Shown piece by piece: positions 1 to 7,987 of a DNA stretch of 64,000 nt (position 1 is its first letter; each line of letters opens with the position of its first letter). The notes under the pieces are model-generated. The model was not told the DNA's origin. It saw nothing but the letters and a program-made list of their open reading frames with translations, and searched no databases. A program made the position numbers and the translations under genes. The DNA comes from Nitrospirales bacterium (lineage in GTDB: Bacteria; Nitrospirota; Nitrospiria; Nitrospirales; UBA8639): positions 875,759-939,758 of the forward strand of contig CBDCWD010000004.1 of NCBI GenBank assembly GCA_965223315.1, written 5' to 3'.

Positions 1-171
1 GCGCAGACTCTCGCGATACGTGAGCTGGGCAAAGGCCAGGCTGAGATATTGGTCGAGACAGCTGAAGTGCTTGACCTTGTGGTGGCCTCGATAGCGTTGG
101 ACACAGCGCCGAAACGTGTGCATAGGCAAATGATCCATCACCTGTGAAAAAATAAGTTTGCCGGTATACAT
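1..171 (-). CDS. IS4-family transposase, N-terminal part (DUF4372-type); runs off the window start
   Basis: Not in the ORF track. Minus-strand translation from ATG 171: MYTGKLIFSQVMDHLPMHTFRRCVQRYRGHHKVKHFSCLDQYLSLAFAQLTYRESLR, the typical N-terminus of IS4 DUF4372 transposases; open to base 1. Confidence 0.9.
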   Translation of the reverse strand, partial: MYTGKLIFSQVMDHLPMHTFRRCVQRYRGHHKVKHFSCLDQYLSLAFAQLTYRESLR

Positions 172-314
172 GAGCCAGGTCCTCCCCGAGTTCCACAGGA
201 GGATGGCGAAGAGCAGGTTTTCGTTTCAAGTCGATGACAGACATAAATGGGTTATTTGTCATGTAGAAACAAGAGGTTATGCCTTTTCAGCTATCAAACG
301 TCCGGACAGCAGTG
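1..314 (-). mobile_element. Left end of an IS4-family insertion sequence
   Basis: The minus strand begins CACTGCTGTCCGGAC at 314, resembling the CACTRNTGTCCGG termini of this IS4 group, 143 bp upstream of the transposase ATG. The other end is outside the window, so the IR pair and TSD cannot be checked. Confidence 0.75.
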
Positions 315-339
315 ATCTTATGTACTGAAGGAATGTCTG

Positions 340-1402
340 GTGACCTACTGTATGACTTTCAGGATGCTTCTTGTTTTGAGTGTTTTTTCGGGAGGAGAAA
401 TCGCATTCGCAGGGAATCATGGCAAAGACTTCTCCAGTGACTTTGATCGATTAAAGACAATTTTACAGCAACCCAATTCCCTTTCCGCTGCAACCCCTAA
501 ATGGTTGGATGTGGGAGTTGAACATCGAACTCGCTATGAAACGTTTAACCAGAGCTTTACCCGTGGAACGGCTGGAAGCAATCAACAAATTCATCAACGC
601 ACGAGAGTTCTTTTTGGTATTAAGGACATCTGGGATCCTGTGCGATTCACGCTAGAAGTTGCCGATTTTCGCACGCCTGTGGCGGATCGAGGACAAGATC
701 GTAACCCAATTTTTGTCAATCATCTGGATATTTTTCAGCTCCATATAGATTTGGTGTCTCAGAATTTTTTGGGGTTGGGGCATTCGGGAAAACTTGAGAT
801 TGGTCGTATCATCATGGATTTTGGGAAGGGGCGTTTGGTCGCAGGCCACCGGTTTGGGACGTTTACCCCAACGTTTGATGGTGTGCAATTGACCTTTGGG
901 TCTGATCCCAGCTCTTTTTGGAATGTTCGGGCCTTTGTCACGAGACCGGTTCACAGACATTCGGTTAGTCCAGATTGGACCACGCCGATTAGCTACTTTT
1001 CAGGTGCGGCGATTTCAAGCCGGCATGTTCCATGGGCCAATGGGAATCCTAGGTATTATTTTTCCTTCCAATATTCTTTCCCCTGCGGGTTTCCGTTCAA
1101 CCATCAAGCCCATCCCCACGGTCCAATGGATGATCTCTCATCGCACCTTCTGGCTGGTAGATAGCCGTGGTCCTTTTGTGGGTAGTGGGTTACAGGATTC
1201 TACAGGTCGGGCAGGCGCATTCCTGGGAAATTTGTTCGATACCTCGGTCAATTGGGCTCCGCACGCAGGCTATTTGCGCCATGTGTCATTCGAAGTGGGG
1301 TTTTCCCGTTTTTTCAAAGGCTCCTATTTTAATCGAGTCCCTCAGAGTCCAGGTACTGCGGATGTCAACTATGTGTATACGATGGCGACTCTTTCCTTCT
1401 AG
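340..1402 (+). pseudogene. Alginate-export (AlgE-like) outer-membrane porin, frameshifted with an internal deletion
   Basis: Signal peptide and family motifs (EHRTRYE, GRIIMDFGKGRLV, TFDG) in the 340..1164 frame. The C-terminal barrel strands ending TMATLSF (terminal Phe) are in the 896..1402 frame. The switch is near 1037-1044. Confidence 0.75.
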
Positions 1403-1661
1403 CTCCATCACCTGACCTTCTCTTTTCTTCAAAGACATTCAGGCATTGCGCAGTCAGTGATTCATCATTTAGCGCCATTTTTTACTTTTCCTTACCGGCT
1501 ATTTTCGCACAGTGCATACCGTACGAATTCGCACAGGACACGAGTTTCGTTGAAAAAGGAGAAGGCTCTTTCTGAGGTGCGCCGTGTGATGGTTCCGGAG
1601 TTTATTGAGAAATAAGGGGAAAAGACTCTGAATGGCCAATGATCATTTTCCTCATATTTCA

Positions 1662-1677
1662 TGGCATGTGATTTGCC
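1662..1677 (+). promoter_or_regulatory. Sigma54 (-24/-12) promoter candidate for the first SulP gene
   Basis: TGGCATGTGATTTGCC = GG-N10-GC with TGGCA and TTGC consensus positions, 74 bp before ATG 1751. Confidence 0.7.
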
Positions 1678-1750
1678 CATTAGTAAGAAGATTCAGCAGT
1701 TTTCATTCAATTCAAGACAGGCAAGGGACTTCATCAAGGACGAATCGGTG

Positions 1751-3523
1751 ATGGATCAGGTGATAAAAAATTTTCGGGAATATCTCGATACGTTTAACTT
1801 CAAAGAAAACTTTGAGGGATTAACCAGCAATGTGCGGGGAGACATGTTGGCGGGAATCACGGTCGCCATGGTGATCCTCCCGATGGCCTTGGCGTTTGGA
1901 GTGGCCTCAGGTCTTGGGGCCGTGGCGGGGATGTGGTCGGCTGTCGCAGCCGGTCTGGTCGCCGGCCCGTTAAGTGGATCGGCCTGGTCGGTAGGCGGCC
2001 CGACGGGGCCAATGACGATTCAAATCCTGACCATTGCGCAGACACATCAGATGTCTGATGGTTCTCCTGATGTAGTTTTTATTGCGACGATGATTGCTTT
2101 GACGGGTTTGATCTTAATTACTCTGGGATTTTTGAAGCTTGGACAATTTATTAAGTTCACACCCTATTCTGTTATTTCCGGATTTATGACCGGGCTGGGC
2201 GTGTTGTATATGCTGCTCCAGCTTAATCCATTTATCGGGCTACCTGGTGCGAAGAGCATTACGGCCGCGATCACAGAATTACCTTCAACAATCGCACAGG
2301 CCTCCGTCCCAGCACTTGGCATTGGGGTGCTGACGCTAGTGATTGTCGTCATATGGCCGAAAATTTCTCCGGTGACGTGGTTGCCAGGGCCACTGATTGG
2401 TTTGTTTGTTGGGACGGCTGCGGCTACGGCATTGGGGTTAGATATTCCCAAAATTGGAGAGGTGCCGACCGGTTTACCTGAACTCTATCTGCCTGATTTC
2501 ACTGTTTTTCACGAAGCCTTTGTTCCGGCCGCCGCTCTTGCCGGTTTGTGTATTTTTGACAGTCTGCTCACCTGCCTCATCGTGGATAATATGACCGGAA
2601 CTCATCATAACAGTGATCGGGAACTCGTGGCTCAAGGCTCAGCCAACTTATTTTCCGGGATGGTCGGCGGCTTAGGTGGGGCCACCAATACCATGCCCTG
2701 TGTGGTTGGGATTCAGAGCGGGGCAAAGACAAGATTGTGCTCGATCACGATGGGATTGGTTCTCCTTTCGTTTATTCTTGGTTTAGGGTCTCTGGCGGCT
2801 GCTATTCCACTTTCTGCTTTGGCGGGGATCCTTCTGAAGGCCGGATATGACATTCTGGATATGCGTGTGCTTCCAGTGGTGCGACGATTGCCAACCTCGG
2901 ATCTCATGGTGTTTGCCCTCGTGGTGGTGATGACCGTCTTTTGGAACTTATTGTCGGCGATGGCGATGGGATTGGCTGTGGCGTTTTTCCGTTTTGTGAA
3001 GGACCAATCAGATCGTTATAAGGCTGAGCTCAATGTACGGAATGAAGACGTGAAGCAGGAAGAGGAAGATCTTATTTTCGCGTTTGGTCGAGACTATGCA
3101 CAACGGATCAGTCAAAATGGGGCGAATATGGGAGAAATTAGCGGTCGCTTTGAACATCTGGTTCGAGATCGCATTATTATCGTTCGTCCCCATGGTCCCT
3201 TATTCTTCGGGGCCATTGATTGGTTGAATGAAACGGTTGAGCATCTTGAAAACAAAGACGTGCTCATCATTCGTTGCAAGTGGTTGGATGAGTTGGATTT
3301 GTCTGGGGCCTATGCCTTAGGTGATCTCATCGAGGCGGCGAATAGCCGTAATGTTGCAGTATTGACGGCTGGTATGTCGCCTAGGACGAGACAGGTTCTA
3401 GAAGATTTACATGAATTGGACAGGCTGGATCCAAATAATATCTGCACGCATTTTAATGAGACCCTTGATAAAGCCATGCAAATTGTCGAGAAGAAAGCCC
3501 TGCAAGCTACATCGAAATCTTAG
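1751..3523 (+). CDS. SulP/SLC26 anion permease with C-terminal STAS domain (BicA-like; substrate possibly bicarbonate)
   Basis: GDMLAGITVAMVILPMALAFG SulP signature, many TM segments, GPLFFGA STAS motif. Start moved from 1661 to 1751 because 1661 lies inside the sigma54 motif. Confidence 0.9.
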   Translation: MDQVIKNFREYLDTFNFKENFEGLTSNVRGDMLAGITVAMVILPMALAFGVASGLGAVAGMWSAVAAGLVAGPLSGSAWSVGGPTGPMTIQILTIAQTHQMSDGSPDVVFIATMIALTGLILITLGFLKLGQFIKFTPYSVISGFMTGLGVLYMLLQLNPFIGLPGAKSITAAITELPSTIAQASVPALGIGVLTLVIVVIWPKISPVTWLPGPLIGLFVGTAAATALGLDIPKIGEVPTGLPELYLPDFTVFHEAFVPAAALAGLCIFDSLLTCLIVDNMTGTHHNSDRELVAQGSANLFSGMVGGLGGATNTMPCVVGIQSGAKTRLCSITMGLVLLSFILGLGSLAAAIPLSALAGILLKAGYDILDMRVLPVVRRLPTSDLMVFALVVVMTVFWNLLSAMAMGLAVAFFRFVKDQSDRYKAELNVRNEDVKQEEEDLIFAFGRDYAQRISQNGANMGEISGRFEHLVRDRIIIVRPHGPLFFGAIDWLNETVEHLENKDVLIIRCKWLDELDLSGAYALGDLIEAANSRNVAVLTAGMSPRTRQVLEDLHELDRLDPNNICTHFNETLDKAMQIVEKKALQATSKS

Positions 3524-3640
3524 GAAGATCCTTCCATGTCTTCAGAATAAAATCGCTTTACTCCTTTTTTGCAAGATATTTTTCACATTGCTTCCTGACT
3601 TCCTTAACCCGCATTCTTGCATAATCTGGAAAGGCTGCCC

Positions 3641-3883
3641 ATGCCGTTAAAACGGAGTATTTCGCAGGAACTGGCGCAGAACGTTCTCAATCACACCCCT
3701 GCCTGGTGCAAGCTGGCCATCTTGGGATTTCTCCTGCTTAATATCATCCTGCTGCTTCTGGCTAGCCCCTTTGTCACGGGTTGGGTGCTCATCCTGGAGT
3801 TTGTCTTCATGCCCGCCATGGTCTACCATTCGGAGCATGGAAGTCAGTGGGTTGATATGATGTCCTATCCATTTCTTCAGTGA
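3641..3883 (+). pseudogene. nhaB: 5' remnant of a second nhaB Na+/H+ antiporter gene
   Basis: The first ~57 codons align with intact nhaB at 32898-31303 (MPLKRSISQELAQNVLNHTPAW vs [22 protein letters not shown]). An 81-bp deletion follows, then homology is lost after PAMVYH. Confidence 0.85.
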
Positions 3884-3906
3884 CATGTACATAACCGGCA
3901 CAAGCC

Positions 3907-5826
3907 ATGAGTGAATTTTTCTTCAATCTTCCTATTGCCAAAAAGCTTCTTTTTGTCTCGGCCGTTCCTATTTTGGCCGTGTTGATATTAAGTCTGGTGA
4001 CCTATAAGAGTGTGGAGACGTTTTCTCTTGATGAAGATCATCTAAATGACGTGTATCATATCCAAAGCGCCTCAGCAGAATATATGCGATTGGTTGTCGA
4101 TCTTGAGACTGGATTTCGTGGGTATGTGCTTACCGAGCAAGTTCAATTTTTGCAGCCATATCAAGCGGCCAAACAACGGGTGTTAGCTTTGGGAAATTCT
4201 CTCCGACAAATGGTCGCGTCTGATCCTGTACAACATACATTGATTAAGTCTGTTCAGGATAATATTCATCTGTTAATGACGGATAAGGACCGCCTCATTG
4301 AGCGGGTGAAAATGGGGCATAAAGAAGAGGCGGAAGAGTACATTGAAGCGGAAAAAGGGCGTTTGTTGATGTTAGCCATTCGTGAAGAGATGGCCAGATT
4401 TGATCGTAATGAGATTGAACAGTTACAACATGCACTAGACAGTAGTGCTCAGGATCGTTCAGTGCTTATGAGTGTCGTGGTAGGCGGAGGTGCGTTGGCC
4501 TTGATTTTGATGCTTCTCCCTTTGCAACTCATCGCACGATCTATTACGGGACCCTTAACAACCTTAGTGAAGACGGTCGAAAATTTTTCGGGTGGTCGGA
4601 TGCCGTCAGTTCCTATTCTGAACAGAAGCGATGAAATTGGAGAGTTGACTCGTGTGATGAATACGATGGGCACTCAACTTGATCAGCATGTCCAACAAAT
4701 CCAGCAGTCAGAACAGGAGCTACGTATTCTGAATCAGGATATTACTTCGTCCGAAGCAAAATATCGTGGGATTGTTGATCATGCGCCCATTGGGATCTTT
4801 ACGGTTGAGCAAGGGCGGGTGATTTTTAGTAACCGGCAGAATTGGAAATTGGCTGGACGAGATCCGGACCAGGTCTTGGATCCGGAACACATATGGGAAG
4901 CCGTGCATCCTGAGGATCGCGAGGAGGTTCAACGTGCCTTCCATGATGCCCGCAAAGAAGGCGAGCCGTTCGAGCGTGTATTCAGATTTCTGCATCCAGG
5001 TGGAGCTGTGCGCCGGGTTTTGAGCCGGGCTGTTCCGATTAACGATGAAACGGGCCGGACCATGGTGTATCAGGGATTTAATGTGGATATCACCGCACTG
5101 GAACAAATGCGGGCGCAGTTAAGCCGATCCGAACGGTTGGCCACTCTCGGGCAAGTCGCTGCCGGGATTGCTCATGAAATTCGTAATCCCTTGGTTGGGA
5201 TTGGTTCCACTGCTTCGTTGTTACTCGAAGATTTTGAGGAAGGGGATTCTCGATGGGAGGATCTCACCATCATTTTGAAAGAAACACGTCGCCTGGACCG
5301 TATTGTGAACCAAATTGTTGACTATGCGCGCCCGAGAGAGTTTAATCCAGTGAATTTTCAGCTTGAGGATCTCTTGAAAGAATCGCTTCACGTGTTATCC
5401 AAGCCCATTGCCGAGAAAGATATTCAAGTTTCTCAACACTATCCAAGTGATCTTTGCGCACTGCAAGCCGATAGAGATCAGTTGAAGCAGGTCGTCTTGA
5501 ATATCGTGCAGAATGCCATTGAAGCAATGCCGGACGCCGGGACGTTGCGAATATCTATTCAAGAAGAAGCATATGAACATGAACCAGGTCTTCGATTAAG
5601 GGTAGAAGATTCCGGGAAAGGGATAGATCCTCATGTGCTTGCGAGAATTTTTGAGCCCTTTTTTACGACGGGAAAATATCGGGGAACAGGGTTGGGATTG
5701 GCTATCTGCCGGAATATTATCGAAGCCCATGGAGGAGAGATTCATGCCGAAAGTCAATTGCAGGTGGGGACGACGATTTCGGTCTGGCTCCCCCGGGTGT
5801 GTCAGCCACAATTATCTACGGTGTAA
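3907..5826 (+). CDS. Membrane sensor histidine kinase (CHASE3-HAMP-PAS-HisKA-HATPase)
   Basis: Two TM helices flank DLETGFRGYVLT (CHASE3), then HAMP (RSDEIGEL), PAS/PAC, H-box AHEIRNPL and G-box GTGLGL. Confidence 0.9.
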   Translation: MSEFFFNLPIAKKLLFVSAVPILAVLILSLVTYKSVETFSLDEDHLNDVYHIQSASAEYMRLVVDLETGFRGYVLTEQVQFLQPYQAAKQRVLALGNSLRQMVASDPVQHTLIKSVQDNIHLLMTDKDRLIERVKMGHKEEAEEYIEAEKGRLLMLAIREEMARFDRNEIEQLQHALDSSAQDRSVLMSVVVGGGALALILMLLPLQLIARSITGPLTTLVKTVENFSGGRMPSVPILNRSDEIGELTRVMNTMGTQLDQHVQQIQQSEQELRILNQDITSSEAKYRGIVDHAPIGIFTVEQGRVIFSNRQNWKLAGRDPDQVLDPEHIWEAVHPEDREEVQRAFHDARKEGEPFERVFRFLHPGGAVRRVLSRAVPINDETGRTMVYQGFNVDITALEQMRAQLSRSERLATLGQVAAGIAHEIRNPLVGIGSTASLLLEDFEEGDSRWEDLTIILKETRRLDRIVNQIVDYARPREFNPVNFQLEDLLKESLHVLSKPIAEKDIQVSQHYPSDLCALQADRDQLKQVVLNIVQNAIEAMPDAGTLRISIQEEAYEHEPGLRLRVEDSGKGIDPHVLARIFEPFFTTGKYRGTGLGLAICRNIIEAHGGEIHAESQLQVGTTISVWLPRVCQPQLSTV

Positions 5827-5828
5827 CG

Positions 5829-7217
5829 ATGCGGGCAACCATTTTTGTGACAGATGATGATGAAGTGGTCCGCCAGGCGATTAGCCGGCGGTTAGCCAAG
5901 CGGCACCATGATATACGCAGTTTTGATTCTGGAGAAGCGCTGTTGGAAGCGCTTGATCATGATATGCCCGACATCATTTTTCTGGATTTGAAAATGACGG
6001 GATTAAGTGGCCTAGAAACATTAAAACAGATTCGCTCGAAAACACAGCAAGCCCTCGTGATTTTGCTCACGGCGTATGGCACGGTGGAAAATGCTGTTGA
6101 GGCCATGCGCCTTGGGGCCTATGACTTTCTCATCAAAAGCGTGGATTTGTCGGGCGTTGATCCCGTGGTAGATCGAGCGTTGGACTATTTGACCTTGCGG
6201 CGTCGTGTCGACTTTGAGACGCAAGATCGGCCGGGACGGTATGCTTTGCAAAATGTTGTATCCCACAGTCCCAGTATGAAAGCCTTGGTCGGGCAAGTTC
6301 AGGAAATGGCGCACAATCTGAAAACAACGGTCTTACTGTTTGGAGAAACAGGAACGGGTAAAGAATTTGTTGCGCGCGTGTTGCATCATAATGGCCCACG
6401 GGCCCAGGGGCCATTTGTGGGGGTCAACTGTACGGCTATTCCCCAAGAGTTGTTTGAAAGTGAACTGTTTGGATATGAGCGGGGCGCGTTTACGGGTGCC
6501 CATCAACGAAAGCCCGGACTCTGTGAACAGGCTGAAGGCGGGACATTGTTTCTTGATGAAATTGGAGATTTGGATCCTGCAATGCAGGCTAAATTACTGC
6601 GAGTGTTACAGGAGCGGTCATTTAAACGTTTAGGAGGGCGTCAAGATATCGATGTTGATTTCCGTCTGGTTGCGGCGACGAATCGTGATCTTCGAAAAGA
6701 AGTCGCACAAGGAAATTTTCGAGAAGACCTTTTTTTTCGGTTAAATGTTGTCTCCCTGGATCTTCCTCCCTTGCGTCAACGTGTTGAGGATATTATCCCT
6801 TTAGGTTTGCAGACGTTAATCCAGCATAGCAAAGAGTTAGGCAAAGATGTGACGGCTATCGACCCCGAGGCTCAGCAAGCCTTAGAGCGATATCAGTATC
6901 CGGGTAATATACGGGAATTACAGAATATCATTGAGCGGGCTGTCATTTTTTGCCGTGGACAAAGTTTGACGAGTGGAGACCTGCCACGGGAAGTTCACGA
7001 AACGGCCCAATCGGCTGTCAATGTTGTCACACAGGGAGATCATCCGGTGGTGCGTATTGAAATGAAGCTGGGTGAACAATCGTTAGGGGATATTGAACAT
7101 TCGCTTATTGAAGAAGTCATGCGTGTCTCGGATTTTAATAAAAGTTTAGCGGCGAAACATCTGGGCATTACACGATTTGCTCTGGACCGGCGCCTGAAAA
7201 AACAGACGGATGCATGA
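5829..7217 (+). CDS. Sigma54-dependent response regulator (NtrC family: REC-AAA+-HTH)
   Basis: REC domain, GETGTGKE Walker A, intact GAFTGA loop, LFLDEIG Walker B, Fis-type HTH. ATG is 2 bp after the kinase stop. Confidence 0.93.
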   Translation: MRATIFVTDDDEVVRQAISRRLAKRHHDIRSFDSGEALLEALDHDMPDIIFLDLKMTGLSGLETLKQIRSKTQQALVILLTAYGTVENAVEAMRLGAYDFLIKSVDLSGVDPVVDRALDYLTLRRRVDFETQDRPGRYALQNVVSHSPSMKALVGQVQEMAHNLKTTVLLFGETGTGKEFVARVLHHNGPRAQGPFVGVNCTAIPQELFESELFGYERGAFTGAHQRKPGLCEQAEGGTLFLDEIGDLDPAMQAKLLRVLQERSFKRLGGRQDIDVDFRLVAATNRDLRKEVAQGNFREDLFFRLNVVSLDLPPLRQRVEDIIPLGLQTLIQHSKELGKDVTAIDPEAQQALERYQYPGNIRELQNIIERAVIFCRGQSLTSGDLPREVHETAQSAVNVVTQGDHPVVRIEMKLGEQSLGDIEHSLIEEVMRVSDFNKSLAAKHLGITRFALDRRLKKQTDA

Positions 7218-7234
7218 AGCCATGCTGTAGGCCA

Positions 7235-7330
7235 CTAGCCATCTTTTTTCTTGCGGCTCTTTAATAGCACAATGATGCCAGCAACCCCGATGGCTAAAGA
7301 AAGCAAGCCCAGTAAAGCTAAGCCTTCCAT
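7235..7330 (-). CDS. Small single-pass membrane protein (31 aa)
   Basis: MEGLALLGLLSLAIGVAGIIVLLKSRKKKDG. AGGA RBS just upstream, ATG 1 bp after the preceding stop, TM helix followed by a basic tail. Confidence 0.55.
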   Translation of the reverse strand: MEGLALLGLLSLAIGVAGIIVLLKSRKKKDG

Positions 7331-7331
7331 T

Positions 7332-7829
7332 TCAATTCCTCTGACATTGTGATTCAACGTTCTCTGTGTGGGAGCGCCAAGGTTCAAGGTTCGACGCATC
7401 ATAGCGAAATCGATCTCGATATTCTGCTGGCGGGACGTCACACGCATCCAAGGTTCCTCGCAACCGATAGCGGTGCCGAGCCATGAAGTCATAAATCCCG
7501 TCTCGTAGAGTTTTAGGGATAACAATAAGAATAGAGAAGAGACGCCAGAGCCCTCCAAGGTGGTGAGCAATCGTCAAGGCTGCTGTTGACTTGGTCATGT
7601 AGCCCTGGGGAGTCACCAGGACAAATGTGGAAAAGTCTTGTTGGGGCAACTGATAGTTGGATAATACTTGTTGTCCGAGAGGAGACTGAAGCGGGGCAAA
7701 TAGAAAGCGTTTGTGTGTATCCTGTTTGATCAGAAAGCGGACCCACCCGGTACACCATCCACAGATGCCATCATAAAGGATCAACCATGGGGATTGGGGG
7801 AGAGGTTGAGAAGATGGTATGTGCTGCAT
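7332..7829 (-). CDS. DCC1-like thiol-disulfide oxidoreductase (DUF393)
   Basis: ILYDGICGWC (DxxCxxC) motif, FAPLQS and YDFMARHRY family motifs. Start uncertain (7829 or 7886). Confidence 0.85.
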   Translation of the reverse strand: MQHIPSSQPLPQSPWLILYDGICGWCTGWVRFLIKQDTHKRFLFAPLQSPLGQQVLSNYQLPQQDFSTFVLVTPQGYMTKSTAALTIAHHLGGLWRLFSILIVIPKTLRDGIYDFMARHRYRLRGTLDACDVPPAEYRDRFRYDASNLEPWRSHTENVESQCQRN

Positions 7830-7987
7830 GGAATTGGGTGTTCCCTCGATTCTGCTCTCGTCAATAAATTGTGGCAGTCGAATCAATCATCTGTCTAGTA
7901 CAACGAATCTCTCTTGAGACAAGCGGAAGATTGTCGGGTGAAGGTGCACTTGCTAGAATAAGAGTTTCATGAACATGCCATCGCCTC

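Noticed and set aside
1661-1750. ORF-track start of the first SulP at 1661
   Set aside because: It overlaps the sigma54 motif and adds a non-homologous extension; 1751 is preferred.
7235-7570. 111-aa ORF as a real gene
   Set aside because: Its first 80 codons overlap the DCC1 gene in another frame; only the last 31 codons are supported.
7931-7957. Extra sigma28-like sites (7931-7957 and 13398-13425, minus strand)
   Set aside because: Good -10 boxes but weak -35 boxes; left out of the regulon call.
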